Shown piece after piece: positions 34,680 through 45,048 of a stretch of DNA of 64,000 nt. The stretch is from an uncultured Pseudomonadota bacterium (lineage in GTDB: Bacteria > Babelota > Babeliae > Babelales > RVW-14), in contig CAZBMD010000009.1 of assembly GCA_964493325.1 (NCBI GenBank), positions 1,121-65,120 on the forward strand, in the 5' to 3' direction. How positions within the stretch are numbered: the stretch's first letter is position 1; each line of letters begins with the position of its first letter. A model generated the notes under the pieces. That model ran no database searches. It was not told the DNA's origin and saw only the letters and a list, made by a program, of their open reading frames with translations. The translations under genes and the position numbers were made by a program.

Positions 34680-35201
34680 CTATTTATCGTTTTCGTAATC
34701 AATCTCCCAATCATCTTGTTCAATCTGCGAGGATGCAGTACTGCTCGAAGCTGGCTTATGATTTTTTTTCTTTTCACTATCAATCGTAATAGGGCTAATA
34801 TTCAAAGCGCTTTCACGCACGCGGCCAATGCCTTCTTTTTTCATCTCACCAAGCCGTTCAGCCTGCTTGGTTAAATCAGTGCGAAAATCATTACTCTCTT
34901 GATCAAGTTGACCTTGAGCGTTATTGAACAACTTGTTCATATCATCTTGCAGACGCTTGATCTTTTTCTGTAACCGCAAGATAATTTCAACACCAGCAAG
35001 ATTAACACCCATCTTGTGCGTCAAATTAATAATTTCTTCTAGTCGATCTACATCATCTTCTGAAAAAAGTCTCGTGTTGCCGTCAGAGCGCTTGGGAGCA
35101 AGCAACCCTTCTTTTTCGTACATTCGAATTGTTTGCTGATGAACAGAAAACATCTTCGCAACAACGGATATAGAATAAAATCCCTTTTTCCTTTTCATCA
35201 A
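34680..35201 (-). CDS. MerR-family heat-shock regulator, HspR-like
   Basis: YSISVVAKMFSVHQQTIRMYEKEGLLAPKRSDGNTRLFSEDDVDRLEEIINLTHKMGVNLAGVEIILRL matches the HspR pattern (Y.IS.aA...g.HpqTLR.Y...GL..P.R...g.R.YS..Di..L..I..L....GvNLAG). A coiled-coil and an acidic tail follow. Confidence 0.8.
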   Translation of the reverse strand: MMKRKKGFYSISVVAKMFSVHQQTIRMYEKEGLLAPKRSDGNTRLFSEDDVDRLEEIINLTHKMGVNLAGVEIILRLQKKIKRLQDDMNKLFNNAQGQLDQESNDFRTDLTKQAERLGEMKKEGIGRVRESALNISPITIDSEKKKNHKPASSSTASSQIEQDDWEIDYENDK

Positions 35202-35213
35202 GATATCCTCACG

Positions 35214-37043
35214 TTAGTCATTTTTAAGGACCGTTAAGAACGCTTCTTGTGGAAGTTCAACATTACCAACTTGCTTCATCTTTTTCTTTCCTTCTTTTTG
35301 CTTCTCAAGCAACTTTCTCTTTCTGGTAATGTCGCCACCATAACATTTTGCAATAACATTTTTTCTCAATGCAGAAACCGTTTCGCGGGCAATCACTTTA
35401 GCGCCAATAGCTGCCTGAATAGCAACTTCAAACATTTGACGATGAATTACTTCTTTAAGCTTTTGCGTTAACTGTCGTCCAAGATAAAACGCTTTTTCAC
35501 GGTGAACAATCACCGACAATGCATCCACAGGTTTGCCGTTAAGCAGCACATTCATTTTGACAAGATCAGACTCTTCGTATCCAGCTTCTTCGTAATCAAA
35601 ACTTGCATAACCAGCGCTAAGCGATTTGAGTTTATCATAGAAATCAGTTACTACTTCGTTGAGCGGTAGCTTGTACTTCAAGACAAGACGATTTTCATCA
35701 AGATACGTCATCTCTTTTTGCTCGCCGCGACGATCTTGGCAAAGCTTTAAAATTGAACCCAGATAATCTTTTGGCGTAATAATTGTTGCGTTAATCATTG
35801 GTTCAAGAACACTATCAATTTTAACCTCTTCGGGAAACTTTGATGGATTTTCAATAACCATCTCTTCTCCGTTGGTCAGCTTGACTCGATAAAGCACCGT
35901 AGGCGATGTTGCAATAATCTCAGCATTATATTCTTGTTCCAAGCGCTGCTTAAAAACATCCATGTGCAAGAGGCCCAAAAAGCCACAGCGAAAGCCAAGC
36001 CCAAGAGCTACCGAACTTTCTTTTTCAACGTGTACGCTTGGATCATTGAGCGTTAATTTTTCAATCGCATCACGCACCTGCTCAAACTCAGAAGCTTCTA
36101 CTGGGTAGATTCCTGCAAACACCATGGACTTTGCAGGTTTAAAGCCAGGCAACAATCCAACAGGCTTGCCAACATGAAACAGTGTATCTCCAACACGAGC
36201 TTCTCTCACAGTCTTCATGCCGGCAATCAGATATCCCACCTGACCGGTGTACAAAGCACCCATCAACATTGGCTCTGGGTGCATGAGTCCAATATCAAGA
36301 ACTTCATACGTTTCGCCGGTGTTCCCCGACTCAATACGGTCACCCTTGCGCAAACAACCATCGATAATTTCTACAAGACAGATCACGCCACGATATTCGT
36401 CATACCATGAATCGAATAGCAACCCTTTGAAAGGTCCATTTTGATTGCCTGCTGGAGGACGAATACGTTCAATAATAGCAGGAAATAACTGATCAAGACC
36501 GATACCCGTCTTGCCAGAAATAAGCAAAACTTCATCGCGCTCAATATCAAACGCTTTATTCATTTCGCCAGCAATCCGTTCAGGATCGGCATTAGCCATA
36601 TCAATTTTATTGATCAGAGGAATAATATCTAAATTTTGTTCAAATGCTAGATAAAAATTTGCCATGGTTTGCGCCTGCACGCCTTGGGCTGCATCAACGA
36701 GCAATAAGGCTCCCTGACATGCGTACAGCGATCGTGAAACTTCATAACTAAAATCAACATGGCCTGGGGTATCGATTAAGTTGAGTAAATAAATTTTCCC
36801 TTGATACTCATACAAAATGGAAGCAGTTTGCGCCTTAACGGTAATACCTCGTTCACGCTCAACCTGCAGCTTATCAAGTACTTGCTCATTTTTTTGCCGA
36901 GAGGAAATGGTGCCCGTTATTTCAAGCAACCGATCGGCAAGCGTTGACTTGCCATGATCAATGTGAGCAATTATAGAAAAATTTCTAATTTGATCAGGTT
37001 TAAATGTCTGTAAATCAAAACCAGGGATACTGCTTATGTTCAT
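35214..37043 (-). CDS. lepA: Elongation factor 4 (LepA)
   Basis: [39 protein letters not shown], and the LepA-specific C-terminal domain ([26 protein letters not shown]). Confidence 0.96.
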   Translation of the reverse strand: MNISSIPGFDLQTFKPDQIRNFSIIAHIDHGKSTLADRLLEITGTISSRQKNEQVLDKLQVERERGITVKAQTASILYEYQGKIYLLNLIDTPGHVDFSYEVSRSLYACQGALLLVDAAQGVQAQTMANFYLAFEQNLDIIPLINKIDMANADPERIAGEMNKAFDIERDEVLLISGKTGIGLDQLFPAIIERIRPPAGNQNGPFKGLLFDSWYDEYRGVICLVEIIDGCLRKGDRIESGNTGETYEVLDIGLMHPEPMLMGALYTGQVGYLIAGMKTVREARVGDTLFHVGKPVGLLPGFKPAKSMVFAGIYPVEASEFEQVRDAIEKLTLNDPSVHVEKESSVALGLGFRCGFLGLLHMDVFKQRLEQEYNAEIIATSPTVLYRVKLTNGEEMVIENPSKFPEEVKIDSVLEPMINATIITPKDYLGSILKLCQDRRGEQKEMTYLDENRLVLKYKLPLNEVVTDFYDKLKSLSAGYASFDYEEAGYEESDLVKMNVLLNGKPVDALSVIVHREKAFYLGRQLTQKLKEVIHRQMFEVAIQAAIGAKVIARETVSALRKNVIAKCYGGDITRKRKLLEKQKEGKKKMKQVGNVELPQEAFLTVLKND

Positions 37044-37063
37044 GATAGTTTTTGTCCTTGTCG

Positions 37064-38773
37064 TTACATCTTTTCTGGTTTACTTACTCCAAGCAGATCA
37101 AGCGTCAGTGCAAGCGTTTGTCGCACCAGCTTTACCAGGCCCAATCGAAGTGATGAGCGCTGAGCATCTGCAGGATCAAGAATTCTGTTGTTTGCATAAT
37201 AATTGTGAAATGTGTGCGCAAGCTCCCAGGCATAGTACGCAATTAAATGAGTCTGATTGGTTGCAGCAATTGATTGCAATACATCACTAAGCGATGCAAT
37301 TTTTTTAATAACTGCAATCTCGCCACTCAAAAGTCCCTCACTCAGCTTTTCAAACGCAACAGCATCAAGCGAGCCATCGATAAGTTGCTGCGCAATATCT
37401 TGCAAAGCAGGGTCTTGTAGTGCTTTTGCAAAAATACTGTACGTGCGAACATAGGCATACTGGATATAAAAAACTGGATTTTCGTCCGTCTTTTTCATGG
37501 CAACAGCCAAGTCAAATTCCAAATGCGCTTCTGCTTTTCGGTTCACGTAAAAAAAGCGCGCAACATCTGCCCCGACCGTGTCAATTACTTCACGAAGCGT
37601 GGTAAACGAGCCAGCTCTTTTGGACATTTTGACCGCAACATCATTTTCTTTAATCGATACCAATTGGTACAAGATGACATCAAGCTGATCGCCTGCATAG
37701 CCCATGGCCTGCATGGTTCCTTTCAGTCTTTTCACATACCCATGATGATCTTGACCTAAAATATCAATCAAGTGATCATAGCCACGGTCATACTTGCTTT
37801 TATGATAGGCAATGTCTGCGGCAATGTAGGTAAGCTCACCTGTTGTTTTGCGGACAACACGATCTTTGTCGTCACCAAATTCGGTCGACTTAAACCACAA
37901 CGCACCTTCAGATTCGTAAGCTAAACCCTTTTCTTGTAAAAGCTCAAGAGCTCGATTAATTGAACCATCCTCATGCAATGTTTTTTCAGAGAACCAATTA
38001 TCGAAGGTAATGTCATAATCCTGTAAATCTTTTTTAATCAGCTGCAGCATATGCTCTTTGGCATAATGAGAAAAAAATGCACTATCTTTGCAAATCAATG
38101 CATCACCAAATTCACTCACGCATTCCCGCGCAAGATCAATCATGTACTGACCGGCGTACCCTTCTTCTGGAATACTTTCGTCAATACCAAGCTGCTGACA
38201 ACAGCGAGCTTTAAGCGTATCCCCAAGAAGCTTCATCTGATTGCCGGCATCGTTGATGTAGTATTCTTTTAAAACATCATGACCAATAAATTTTAGTACT
38301 CGGGCCAAAATGTCACCAATAATCCCGTTGCGACCTGCACCAAGATGCAGAGGGCCAGTTGGATTTGCGCTGACAAATTCAATCAAATAACGACGCTTGT
38401 CTGCAGGGCTCACGCTACGAAAATATTCGTCTTTTTCGCTAAAAAGTTCACGTGCAACCAGTGACCAGGTATGGTCAAAAAGGGTAATATTAACAAACCC
38501 AGGGCCTGCAATTTGAACATCTTTAACACAGGATTTGATAATATCATTCGTGCCACTGAGCAGATGAGCTTTAAAGGTCTCTGCAAGTTGACGTGGATTT
38601 TTGCCAAGAACGCGTGCAAGCATCATAGCTGCGTTGCAACTCAAATCTCCAAACTGAGCATCATCACCCAAATTGAGGTGAAGCGTTACCAGCAAACACT
38701 GAGTTGCATCCACGGAAAAAAGTTCTTGTACTGTTTTTTTTATTTCATGCTTCAAGCACGCAAGTGTCGTCAT
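37064..38773 (-). CDS. argS: Arginine--tRNA ligase
   Basis: Class I motifs: [15 protein letters not shown] (HIGH-type) and [10 protein letters not shown] (KMSK). The C-terminal anticodon-binding DALR domain ends in ...LGVSKPEKM. Confidence 0.95.
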   Translation of the reverse strand: MTTLACLKHEIKKTVQELFSVDATQCLLVTLHLNLGDDAQFGDLSCNAAMMLARVLGKNPRQLAETFKAHLLSGTNDIIKSCVKDVQIAGPGFVNITLFDHTWSLVARELFSEKDEYFRSVSPADKRRYLIEFVSANPTGPLHLGAGRNGIIGDILARVLKFIGHDVLKEYYINDAGNQMKLLGDTLKARCCQQLGIDESIPEEGYAGQYMIDLARECVSEFGDALICKDSAFFSHYAKEHMLQLIKKDLQDYDITFDNWFSEKTLHEDGSINRALELLQEKGLAYESEGALWFKSTEFGDDKDRVVRKTTGELTYIAADIAYHKSKYDRGYDHLIDILGQDHHGYVKRLKGTMQAMGYAGDQLDVILYQLVSIKENDVAVKMSKRAGSFTTLREVIDTVGADVARFFYVNRKAEAHLEFDLAVAMKKTDENPVFYIQYAYVRTYSIFAKALQDPALQDIAQQLIDGSLDAVAFEKLSEGLLSGEIAVIKKIASLSDVLQSIAATNQTHLIAYYAWELAHTFHNYYANNRILDPADAQRSSLRLGLVKLVRQTLALTLDLLGVSKPEKM

Positions 38774-38890
38774 GCAAACTGCCTTTTATCTCTCTAAATT
38801 TCTGCTTCACGTTATTCCATTGATCGTACAATGGTTAGCAGATTTTAGTGTAGCAGCTTAATCTTTTATTGAGAAGTACAACAAACACTG

Positions 38891-40285
38891 CTAAAAGCTA
38901 AAATTAAATTGAAATTGAATAGCTCCACTAAGCATATCGGCAAGGTATGAGTGCTTGCCCCCAACAGAAATATCATATCCTAGAGATAATTTTGGTGCCC
39001 AGGCAGCAGGCTCATACGCTTTGACGTCATATTCTGCAAGAAAATGAAGGGTAAGCTGTTCCCAACCCTTGAGTCGTCTGTCGGTATTTGCAACCTCATC
39101 CTTCGAAATAAAACGACCATCGCGTTGTTCTGGGGGTGTACCCATGGCAGCCTTGGCTATCACTGTTTTAAGATAATTAGGGTCTGAAATATGAAGCCTT
39201 GTTGCCTCTTGGCGAGACAACGATAGACCTGCAAGAGCAGAAAAACCACCCAAAAGATTATGGGCCTGAAGATACCCACAGAGATCCCACTTTGAACCAA
39301 AGTCTCGACGCACACTCACAAATTGCAAAAGCATATCACCATTTTGACGTCTATCGGTCTTGACTCGAGCTTCTTCTCTTTGTTTGAGATACATAATTGC
39401 TCCACCCGAAAAGCCCAACCGCAAAAATTTCCAAAAACCAGCTTCAGCATGCGCACGCCAAACAAAACCCATCTGACCATTTGCTCCCATCGGAAGCGAA
39501 AAAAGCCGTCCCAGCGGAATTTTTTGAACCGCTGTTGGCAATAATGCACCTATCTGAAGTTGACCACGTAGTTCTTTGATAATACCAAGTGATTTTGTTG
39601 TCTGACCCTGCCAACCAAACGAAAAAATGGCGTCTGAAGGCCCAGATTGTTTAAAAGGAGCCTTGAAATCTGACTGAATTCCGTTTTCACTCAAAATCAC
39701 GGGAAGATCATCTGCAATAAAAGCATCAATATAAGCCTTATCAATCGTAGCAGCCATAGGCGTTGCATTATCTTTTTGATCAAACGTACCCTTGTAACTC
39801 AGATCAATACGATCCAGTTTTAAATTTTTAAAAGGAACATATAATTCAGTAAAAAATCCTGAAAATAAATTCTGCCGCCAGGTAATATTAAACTCTTTGA
39901 CCGTCGCTCGACCAGAAAAATCAAATGGCAAATCAGGAGCATTGGCAAATTTACCAACACCATCTTCCCAATATTCTTTGGTTTTCGCCTGCATATTCTC
40001 AACGCCAAAGCCAAGCTTACCCAAGTCAAAAAAACCGTAACCAGAAAAAAGCGATACTTTTTCCCCTTTATGATCCCACGAATGATGAGCTCTACCCTCT
40101 CCATAGGCAGCACTCAAGTAGGTTGCCCAATCATCTATTGACGACGCAGGTGTTCCCTGAAAGAACGATGCTCGATAATACACAGGAACATCAATGGCAT
40201 AAACAGCACCATCAAACAACACTAAACCCATTACAGAAGAAACCATCAAAGCGATAGATAGGCAGCGACCAGCAAAAAATTTCAT
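38891..40285 (-). CDS. Putative outer-membrane beta-barrel protein
   Basis: Signal peptide MKFFAGRCLSIALMVSSVMGLVLFDGAVYA. Alternating hydrophobic beta-strand patterns run throughout. The C-terminus IQFQFNFSF ends in the Phe typical of BAM substrates. I cannot name a family. Confidence 0.6.
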   Translation of the reverse strand: MKFFAGRCLSIALMVSSVMGLVLFDGAVYAIDVPVYYRASFFQGTPASSIDDWATYLSAAYGEGRAHHSWDHKGEKVSLFSGYGFFDLGKLGFGVENMQAKTKEYWEDGVGKFANAPDLPFDFSGRATVKEFNITWRQNLFSGFFTELYVPFKNLKLDRIDLSYKGTFDQKDNATPMAATIDKAYIDAFIADDLPVILSENGIQSDFKAPFKQSGPSDAIFSFGWQGQTTKSLGIIKELRGQLQIGALLPTAVQKIPLGRLFSLPMGANGQMGFVWRAHAEAGFWKFLRLGFSGGAIMYLKQREEARVKTDRRQNGDMLLQFVSVRRDFGSKWDLCGYLQAHNLLGGFSALAGLSLSRQEATRLHISDPNYLKTVIAKAAMGTPPEQRDGRFISKDEVANTDRRLKGWEQLTLHFLAEYDVKAYEPAAWAPKLSLGYDISVGGKHSYLADMLSGAIQFQFNFSF

Positions 40286-40452
40286 ACACTCACCTTTTTA
40301 AAAATCAACAAAATGTCTTTTGCCAAAAGCCTAGCATGGTACGTCATCAAAGACAAAGTTTCTGGTTTTTTACTAGAGGCCGCAATTGACAAAATGGTAG
40401 TTTATTTCAGACTAACATCGTTTCAGGTTCATAAAAAGTAAGGAGTCTTTTG

Positions 40453-40743
40453 ATGTTCCAATTAAAAAAAATTTCTCATCTATTTTTTTTGCTTGCGATA
40501 GTTTTATCATTTATCACCCTGCAAGCCGATGTGATCACCAAAGATTCCGGCAGCCGCAATGTTCTTGAACCAACCCATGAGATAAAGCACTCCAAAGGCA
40601 AGACTTCGCGCAATGTCCTTGATACCAATGACGATGACGACGAGCCATTTTTTGCCAATTACTCAAACAGAGTTATTCCTGAAAATTCTTTTATTTTTGC
40701 GGGCGCCGCTGAAGATCATGATGAAGATGAAAGCTCTTTTTAA
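40453..40743 (+). CDS. Small secreted acidic protein (96 aa)
   Basis: AAGGAG lies about 7 nt before the ATG at 40453. Signal-like MFQLKKISHLFFLLAIVLSFITLQA, a twice-repeated SRNVL motif, and Asp/Glu-rich stretches. Confidence 0.45.
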   Translation: MFQLKKISHLFFLLAIVLSFITLQADVITKDSGSRNVLEPTHEIKHSKGKTSRNVLDTNDDDDEPFFANYSNRVIPENSFIFAGAAEDHDEDESSF

Positions 40744-40793
40744 CAAACTACTCTCATTTTTATAAAGCCATAAATTGCAAGAAAGATAGATAA

Positions 40794-40830
40794 TCTCATA
40801 AAAAAAGCCCCCGATAAAATCAGGGGCTCT
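40794..40830 (-). terminator. Rho-independent terminator of ssb
   Basis: The minus strand reads AGCCCC-tgattttatc-GGGGCT followed by TTTTTTT, about 30 nt after the ssb stop. Confidence 0.75.
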
Positions 40831-40860
40831 AACTTGTAAGAAACTACATTAACCAAGTAG

Positions 40861-41379
40861 TTAGAATGGAAGATCGTCTTCAAACGGCGCTTCATCCTTA
40901 AAATCAAGCTCTCCGCCAGAATTTGAAACAGACTTTGCGGCTGGTTTTTTTGCAGCTGAACGCGTTGCAGGTTTTACCGCTTCAGTCTCTGCTCGTGCAT
41001 ACGCAGCATCAGGGCCTGTAGCATCTTCGCTCTCATCTGCTTGAGCGCCAGAACCAAGGAAGGTAACTCGATCAGCAACGATGGAATGTTTGCTACGTTT
41101 ATTACCTTCAGCATCTTGCCAATTATCAAGTTTTAGTCGGCCTTCGATAAGCACCGATCGTCCTTTTTGCAAGTACTGACGGCAGCTTTCTGCTTGAGGT
41201 CCCCAAACATCAACATCAATGTAGCACACTTCTTGTACCATTGATCCTGTTTGTTTATTTTTGAACTGTCGGTTTGAAGCCAAGCTGAACCGGCACACAG
41301 CTTGACCTGAAGTCAATTGTTTGTGCTCTGGATCGCGCGTCAAATTGCCGATCATAATAATTCGATTATAGCTTGCCAT
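40861..41379 (-). CDS. ssb: Single-stranded DNA-binding protein
   Basis: MASYNRIIMIGNLTRDPE...OB fold...a flexible Ala/Gly/acidic tail ending in the canonical DDLPF. Confidence 0.95.
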   Translation of the reverse strand: MASYNRIIMIGNLTRDPEHKQLTSGQAVCRFSLASNRQFKNKQTGSMVQEVCYIDVDVWGPQAESCRQYLQKGRSVLIEGRLKLDNWQDAEGNKRSKHSIVADRVTFLGSGAQADESEDATGPDAAYARAETEAVKPATRSAAKKPAAKSVSNSGGELDFKDEAPFEDDLPF

Positions 41380-41481
41380 AAAAAAATCCTTTCAAAGTCA
41401 TAGTAAAAAAGTCAAAGCACAATCAATTTTGCTCGTAAAAAACAGGCTAAGAGTAACAAAAGAACGCAATTTAGCAAAGCT

Positions 41482-42579
41482 CTACAATCTAAACATCTCT
41501 CGTATTTTTTCAAGCTTGTTGCGCATGCCCGCATAGGCTGGTGCTTGCTTTAAAAAGGCTTCATATATTTTACTTGCTTGAGCAAGAATCTTTTCTGTTT
41601 TGCAATTGCCCTGGATAAATTCGGGAAAAATTTCTTCTCCCAAAAACAAATTTGGCAGCCCCATAAATTTAACCGTCACCACCAGCCGAGCAAGAAGATA
41701 TGAAAGCCACGAAACTTTATAGGCAATGATTGTTGGAACCCTGAGCAGCGCCAACTCAAGCGTCACGGTTCCTGGCTTTGAGATAGCAAAACAACACTGT
41801 GCAAGTGCCTGATATTTTTCTTGGTCAGAGCGCACAATTATAATTTTTTCACCCAGTTGAGCTAGGCCACTTGCCTGCAAATGATCGTTAAAAAATTTCT
41901 CCGACAGAGATGAAGCTTTGGGTATAACAAACGTAAGATCTGGATATTTTTTAGCAAGCGGCAATGCAACAGACGCAAGCAGCGGCATCATGAGCATAAT
42001 TTCTGCGTGCCTAGACCCTGGAATAAGCGCAATGTGATTTTTTTTAGGAACATCAGTCATAAAAGGCTGTAAATGACCAAATACCGGCGAACCAACAAAA
42101 CGCGCTGCAACTCCACGCTGTGCATACCAAGCAACTTCGAACGGGTAGATAACAATAACATCGTCACAATATTTTTTCAGGTTTTTAACACGCCATGCAC
42201 CCCAACACCAGAGTTGAGGCGGCGAAACGTACACAACGCGAATAGAAGGGTTCATACGCTTAACCAATTTAATAAGTCGCATATTAAAACCGGGAAAATC
42301 AACCACTACCAATTCTTGAAAGCCAGATTGAACAAGATGCCTGGCAAGATTATTGATCATGGCAAGCAGCCGAGGCAAGTGCCGTACAATTTCGACAATA
42401 CCCACAACATTGAGCTCTTCAAACCTCATGTGCAAATTAACGCCTGCTTGCTGCATGCGATCACCACCAATACCGTGCAGCTCAAGAGTTGATCGATATT
42501 CACTTAACTGATCAACATACCAAGCACCCAACAGGTCACCCGAAAGCTCACCAGCTACAATAAACGTTCTTTTCATCAT
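41482..42579 (-). CDS. lpxB: Lipid-A-disaccharide synthase LpxB
   Basis: MMKRTFIVAGELSGDLLGAWYV (AGE.SGD motif), YVSPPQLWCWGAWR, LIPGSRHAEI, and a GT-B fold length. I chose the ATG at 42579 within ORF 41482-42642. Confidence 0.88.
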   Translation of the reverse strand: MMKRTFIVAGELSGDLLGAWYVDQLSEYRSTLELHGIGGDRMQQAGVNLHMRFEELNVVGIVEIVRHLPRLLAMINNLARHLVQSGFQELVVVDFPGFNMRLIKLVKRMNPSIRVVYVSPPQLWCWGAWRVKNLKKYCDDVIVIYPFEVAWYAQRGVAARFVGSPVFGHLQPFMTDVPKKNHIALIPGSRHAEIMLMMPLLASVALPLAKKYPDLTFVIPKASSLSEKFFNDHLQASGLAQLGEKIIIVRSDQEKYQALAQCCFAISKPGTVTLELALLRVPTIIAYKVSWLSYLLARLVVTVKFMGLPNLFLGEEIFPEFIQGNCKTEKILAQASKIYEAFLKQAPAYAGMRNKLEKIREMFRL

Positions 42580-42739
42580 GTAATATTTCCCACAACGTAA
42601 AATATAAAATGGTAAAGTAATGGACTGCTTAAGATATGTCAATTATAGATAGCTTGCTTTACTTGCAAATTAATGTGATACGATTACCATAACAACATGC
42701 TAAGTAAAGTTCTCTGCAGCTTTTTATCAGGAGCTTTTT

Positions 42740-43846
42740 ATGGTAAAAAAATACGTCTTAATAATCGGAGTATTCTTTTTAATAGCACAAACAAAAAATC
42801 TTTCTGCCATGAACTGGTGGCCTACGGCCCTCACCTGGGGAGGCTCTTATTCTACGCCTCCAGCAAATAATAATAATAATAATTCTTGCCCAAAGATAAA
42901 ACCGATAATCGGTTATGCTACCAAGTATATGAATGAATATAGCAAGCGATCAGAAGGATACTTTTACAAAAAGAACAAAGATCTCACGATATGGGGCATA
43001 TCAGTAGGAAAAGATATCTACTGGGTAGGCAGCAAAGTAGATAGAATCTTTTTTGACCAAAACTGGCAAGATGAAAAAAATCATGAAAGCAACGTTTTAA
43101 ACGCTTTTAATCAATTACACGATGAATTTTGCAAAGACCCTACAGTAGATCAAACAAAAGGAATTGGTCTTACTTTAGTCGTCCTGCTGGAATCAAAATT
43201 CATCATAGCCCACGCAGGGACGGCAGGCTTTGTACTTAAAAAAGACACCCAAGAAGCCGTTGTTTCAAAAAAACACCACATTTGTCTTAACACAGCAGAA
43301 AAAGACCGAATTAATACATTGGGAGGTTATATTCGACCATATGCAAATAAATTAATAATCACTAAAATCAGACATGATCACAATACCGACAGCTATACCA
43401 TTTATTATCCATCATGGGAATTTTATCGTCTATTCGACGACTACAACTCGAGCACTGAAATAAAACCTCTTTCTTGTAAGTCAAAAGGTACAGAATTTGA
43501 GGTCTGCGTTTTTTTTAACTCAGGGAAAGCACTCTTTGAAGTGATTACTAGAGGCATTGGGTATTCAGCATTTACCCCATATATTACTCATGTCCCTGAA
43601 ATATTCGCGTATGATAGCGATGGAAAAGAAGATTTTTTAATTCTCGCTGGTCAAACTACATTAGATTGTATAGAACCATCAACCTTAGCCATCTTTGTTG
43701 AGAAAGAAATACGCAGACGCGGAGAAACAAGTCAAACAGTAACGCAGGATCAAGCATGCGAGATAGCAGAATCAATCATCAATCAATTAGCAGAATTTGC
43801 ACCAAATAAAGACCTGACGCTCATAATAATTTTTTTTAGCATCTAA
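42740..43846 (+). CDS. Secreted PP2C-fold protein with degenerate metal-binding motifs (putative pseudophosphatase)
   Basis: Signal-like MVKKYVLIIGVFFLIAQTKNLSA. GIGLTLVVLLESKFIIAHAGTAGFVL aligns with PP2C GMGTT.V......l.vAh.GDSR..L. KKHHICLNTAEKDRINTLGGYI aligns with DH.......E..RI...GG.v. DFLILAGQTTLD aligns with d.lllCSDGL.d. KDLTLIIIFF aligns with DNiT.vvv. Confidence 0.45.
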   Translation: MVKKYVLIIGVFFLIAQTKNLSAMNWWPTALTWGGSYSTPPANNNNNNSCPKIKPIIGYATKYMNEYSKRSEGYFYKKNKDLTIWGISVGKDIYWVGSKVDRIFFDQNWQDEKNHESNVLNAFNQLHDEFCKDPTVDQTKGIGLTLVVLLESKFIIAHAGTAGFVLKKDTQEAVVSKKHHICLNTAEKDRINTLGGYIRPYANKLIITKIRHDHNTDSYTIYYPSWEFYRLFDDYNSSTEIKPLSCKSKGTEFEVCVFFNSGKALFEVITRGIGYSAFTPYITHVPEIFAYDSDGKEDFLILAGQTTLDCIEPSTLAIFVEKEIRRRGETSQTVTQDQACEIAESIINQLAEFAPNKDLTLIIIFFSI

Positions 43847-43849
43847 AGG

Positions 43850-44455
43850 CTACAACAGCTTTAGACAGGCTGTTTTTTCAAGTTCATCTTGCAAACTCCT
43901 TGCTCTCTCTAAATGAGAGCTGAGCATTTTTGTTGTTTGCTCAATATGCAGCTTGTTGACTTCTTTTTTACCATAGCACGTATTGCACTGCTCAAGTTGC
44001 TGCAATTGTGATGACAATGTGCTAGCTGCAGACTGCATACACAAGAGCGCCTGAGTTAAGTCGTTGCGAGCGGCACGCTTGAAGGGACGCGCGTTATCAA
44101 GTAATTGTTCAATGATTTTTACAAATCGACTCTGAAGCCTGGCAACTTGCTGAAGAAATCCACCAGCAGACTTGTGCGCCAAGGCTATGTTATTTTTTTG
44201 ATTCTGCGGAGTAGCAACTGCCAGCTGAACATCTGCAAGGCTTTCGTGCAACAGCCCACACTGCCTGGTAAGCAATGTTGTCGACTCAAACGCCCGCCTC
44301 GTCTCTTCACCAATGCGTTCCTTGAGCGTATTGGTTGATACTCTTTTGGTATCACTATTTTTGGTGATGACAAACTGTTTAGCTTGCCCCAAGCAAAGCG
44401 AGCTTGATAATAGAAAAGTACAACATGCATAAATAAAATTTTTTTTAATAACCAT
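43850..44455 (-). CDS. Orphan secreted helical protein (201 aa)
   Basis: N-terminal hydrophobic segment (FIYACCTFLLSSSLCLGQA), then Gln/Leu-rich sequence predicted helical by eye. I recognise no motifs. Confidence 0.5.
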   Translation of the reverse strand: MVIKKNFIYACCTFLLSSSLCLGQAKQFVITKNSDTKRVSTNTLKERIGEETRRAFESTTLLTRQCGLLHESLADVQLAVATPQNQKNNIALAHKSAGGFLQQVARLQSRFVKIIEQLLDNARPFKRAARNDLTQALLCMQSAASTLSSQLQQLEQCNTCYGKKEVNKLHIEQTTKMLSSHLERARSLQDELEKTACLKLL

Positions 44456-44567
44456 TACCCCTTACTCCATTCTGATAGTTTACCTGATGAAAAAGCCTAC
44501 AGAATTAGGCTCTACTGATTTTTAATTAATTTATTGCGTTTGTCTAAAAAACAATGTGCTATCGTTC

Positions 44568-44647
44568 GATGTCATCCCTGATCAAGTCAGGACTTCAGCT
44601 AATAAAACATCAACCATGGATCCCGGCTCAAAGGCCGGGATGACATC
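44568..44647. repeat. Palindromic repeat family, copy A (arms split by about 50 nt of inserted sequence)
   Basis: GATGTCATCCCTGATCAAGTCAGG...GGATCCCGGCTCAAAGGCCGGGATGACATC. The terminal inverted arms are GATGTCATCCC and GGGATGACATC, with internal hairpins CCTGA/TCAGG and CCCGGC/GCCGGG. Confidence 0.8.
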
Positions 44648-44744
44648 TTATAATCGAGTATACTTTTACAACAAGAAGATTACTTCATTAAACCTCTTCT
44701 AAAACCAGAGAATGCACTATCTGAAGGTTAAAAATACGACTACA

Positions 44745-44890
44745 GGATGTCATCCCGGACTAGATCCGGGATCCATCCCCGGATAAATCGGTTAGCATGG
44801 ATACCGGCTTCCAGCCTTCGCCAACCACCTTCGTTGAAACTTAATTGAGTCACAAGGCTATTGCGGAAAGGCTTGGCTGTTATGACATCC
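44745..44890. repeat. Palindromic repeat family, copy B (arms split by about 128 nt)
   Basis: GGATGTCATCCCGGACTAGATCCGGGATCC....TTATGACATCC. The terminal inverted arms are GGATGTCAT and ATGACATCC, with an internal hairpin TCCCGGA-ctaga-TCCGGGA. Confidence 0.7.
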
Positions 44891-45014
44891 GTAGGCAATA
44901 TCTTTGCCGCTAGTAAAAAGACAATATAGTTTCAAAAGAAGTCCATGTACCTAATCAACCAACAAACAGTATCCGTCAATGGCCCATGATAGAAAAATGA
45001 AACAAAAAGTCAAT

Positions 45015-45048
45015 AAACAAGGCGGGGATTTTGGTCCCCGCCTTGTTT
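45015..45048 (-). terminator. Hairpin terminator downstream of 45137-45526
   Basis: AAACAAGGCGGGGA-ttttgg-TCCCCGCCTTGTTT is a 14-bp perfect stem. On the minus strand it is followed by TTTATTGACTTTTTG. It lies about 90 nt after the stop at 45137. Confidence 0.6.

Noticed and set aside
42866-42883. An (AAT)6 trinucleotide run.
   Set aside because: It encodes a poly-Asn stretch just after the signal segment of the PP2C-like protein. Such runs are common low-complexity features in AT-biased genomes and are not noteworthy alone.
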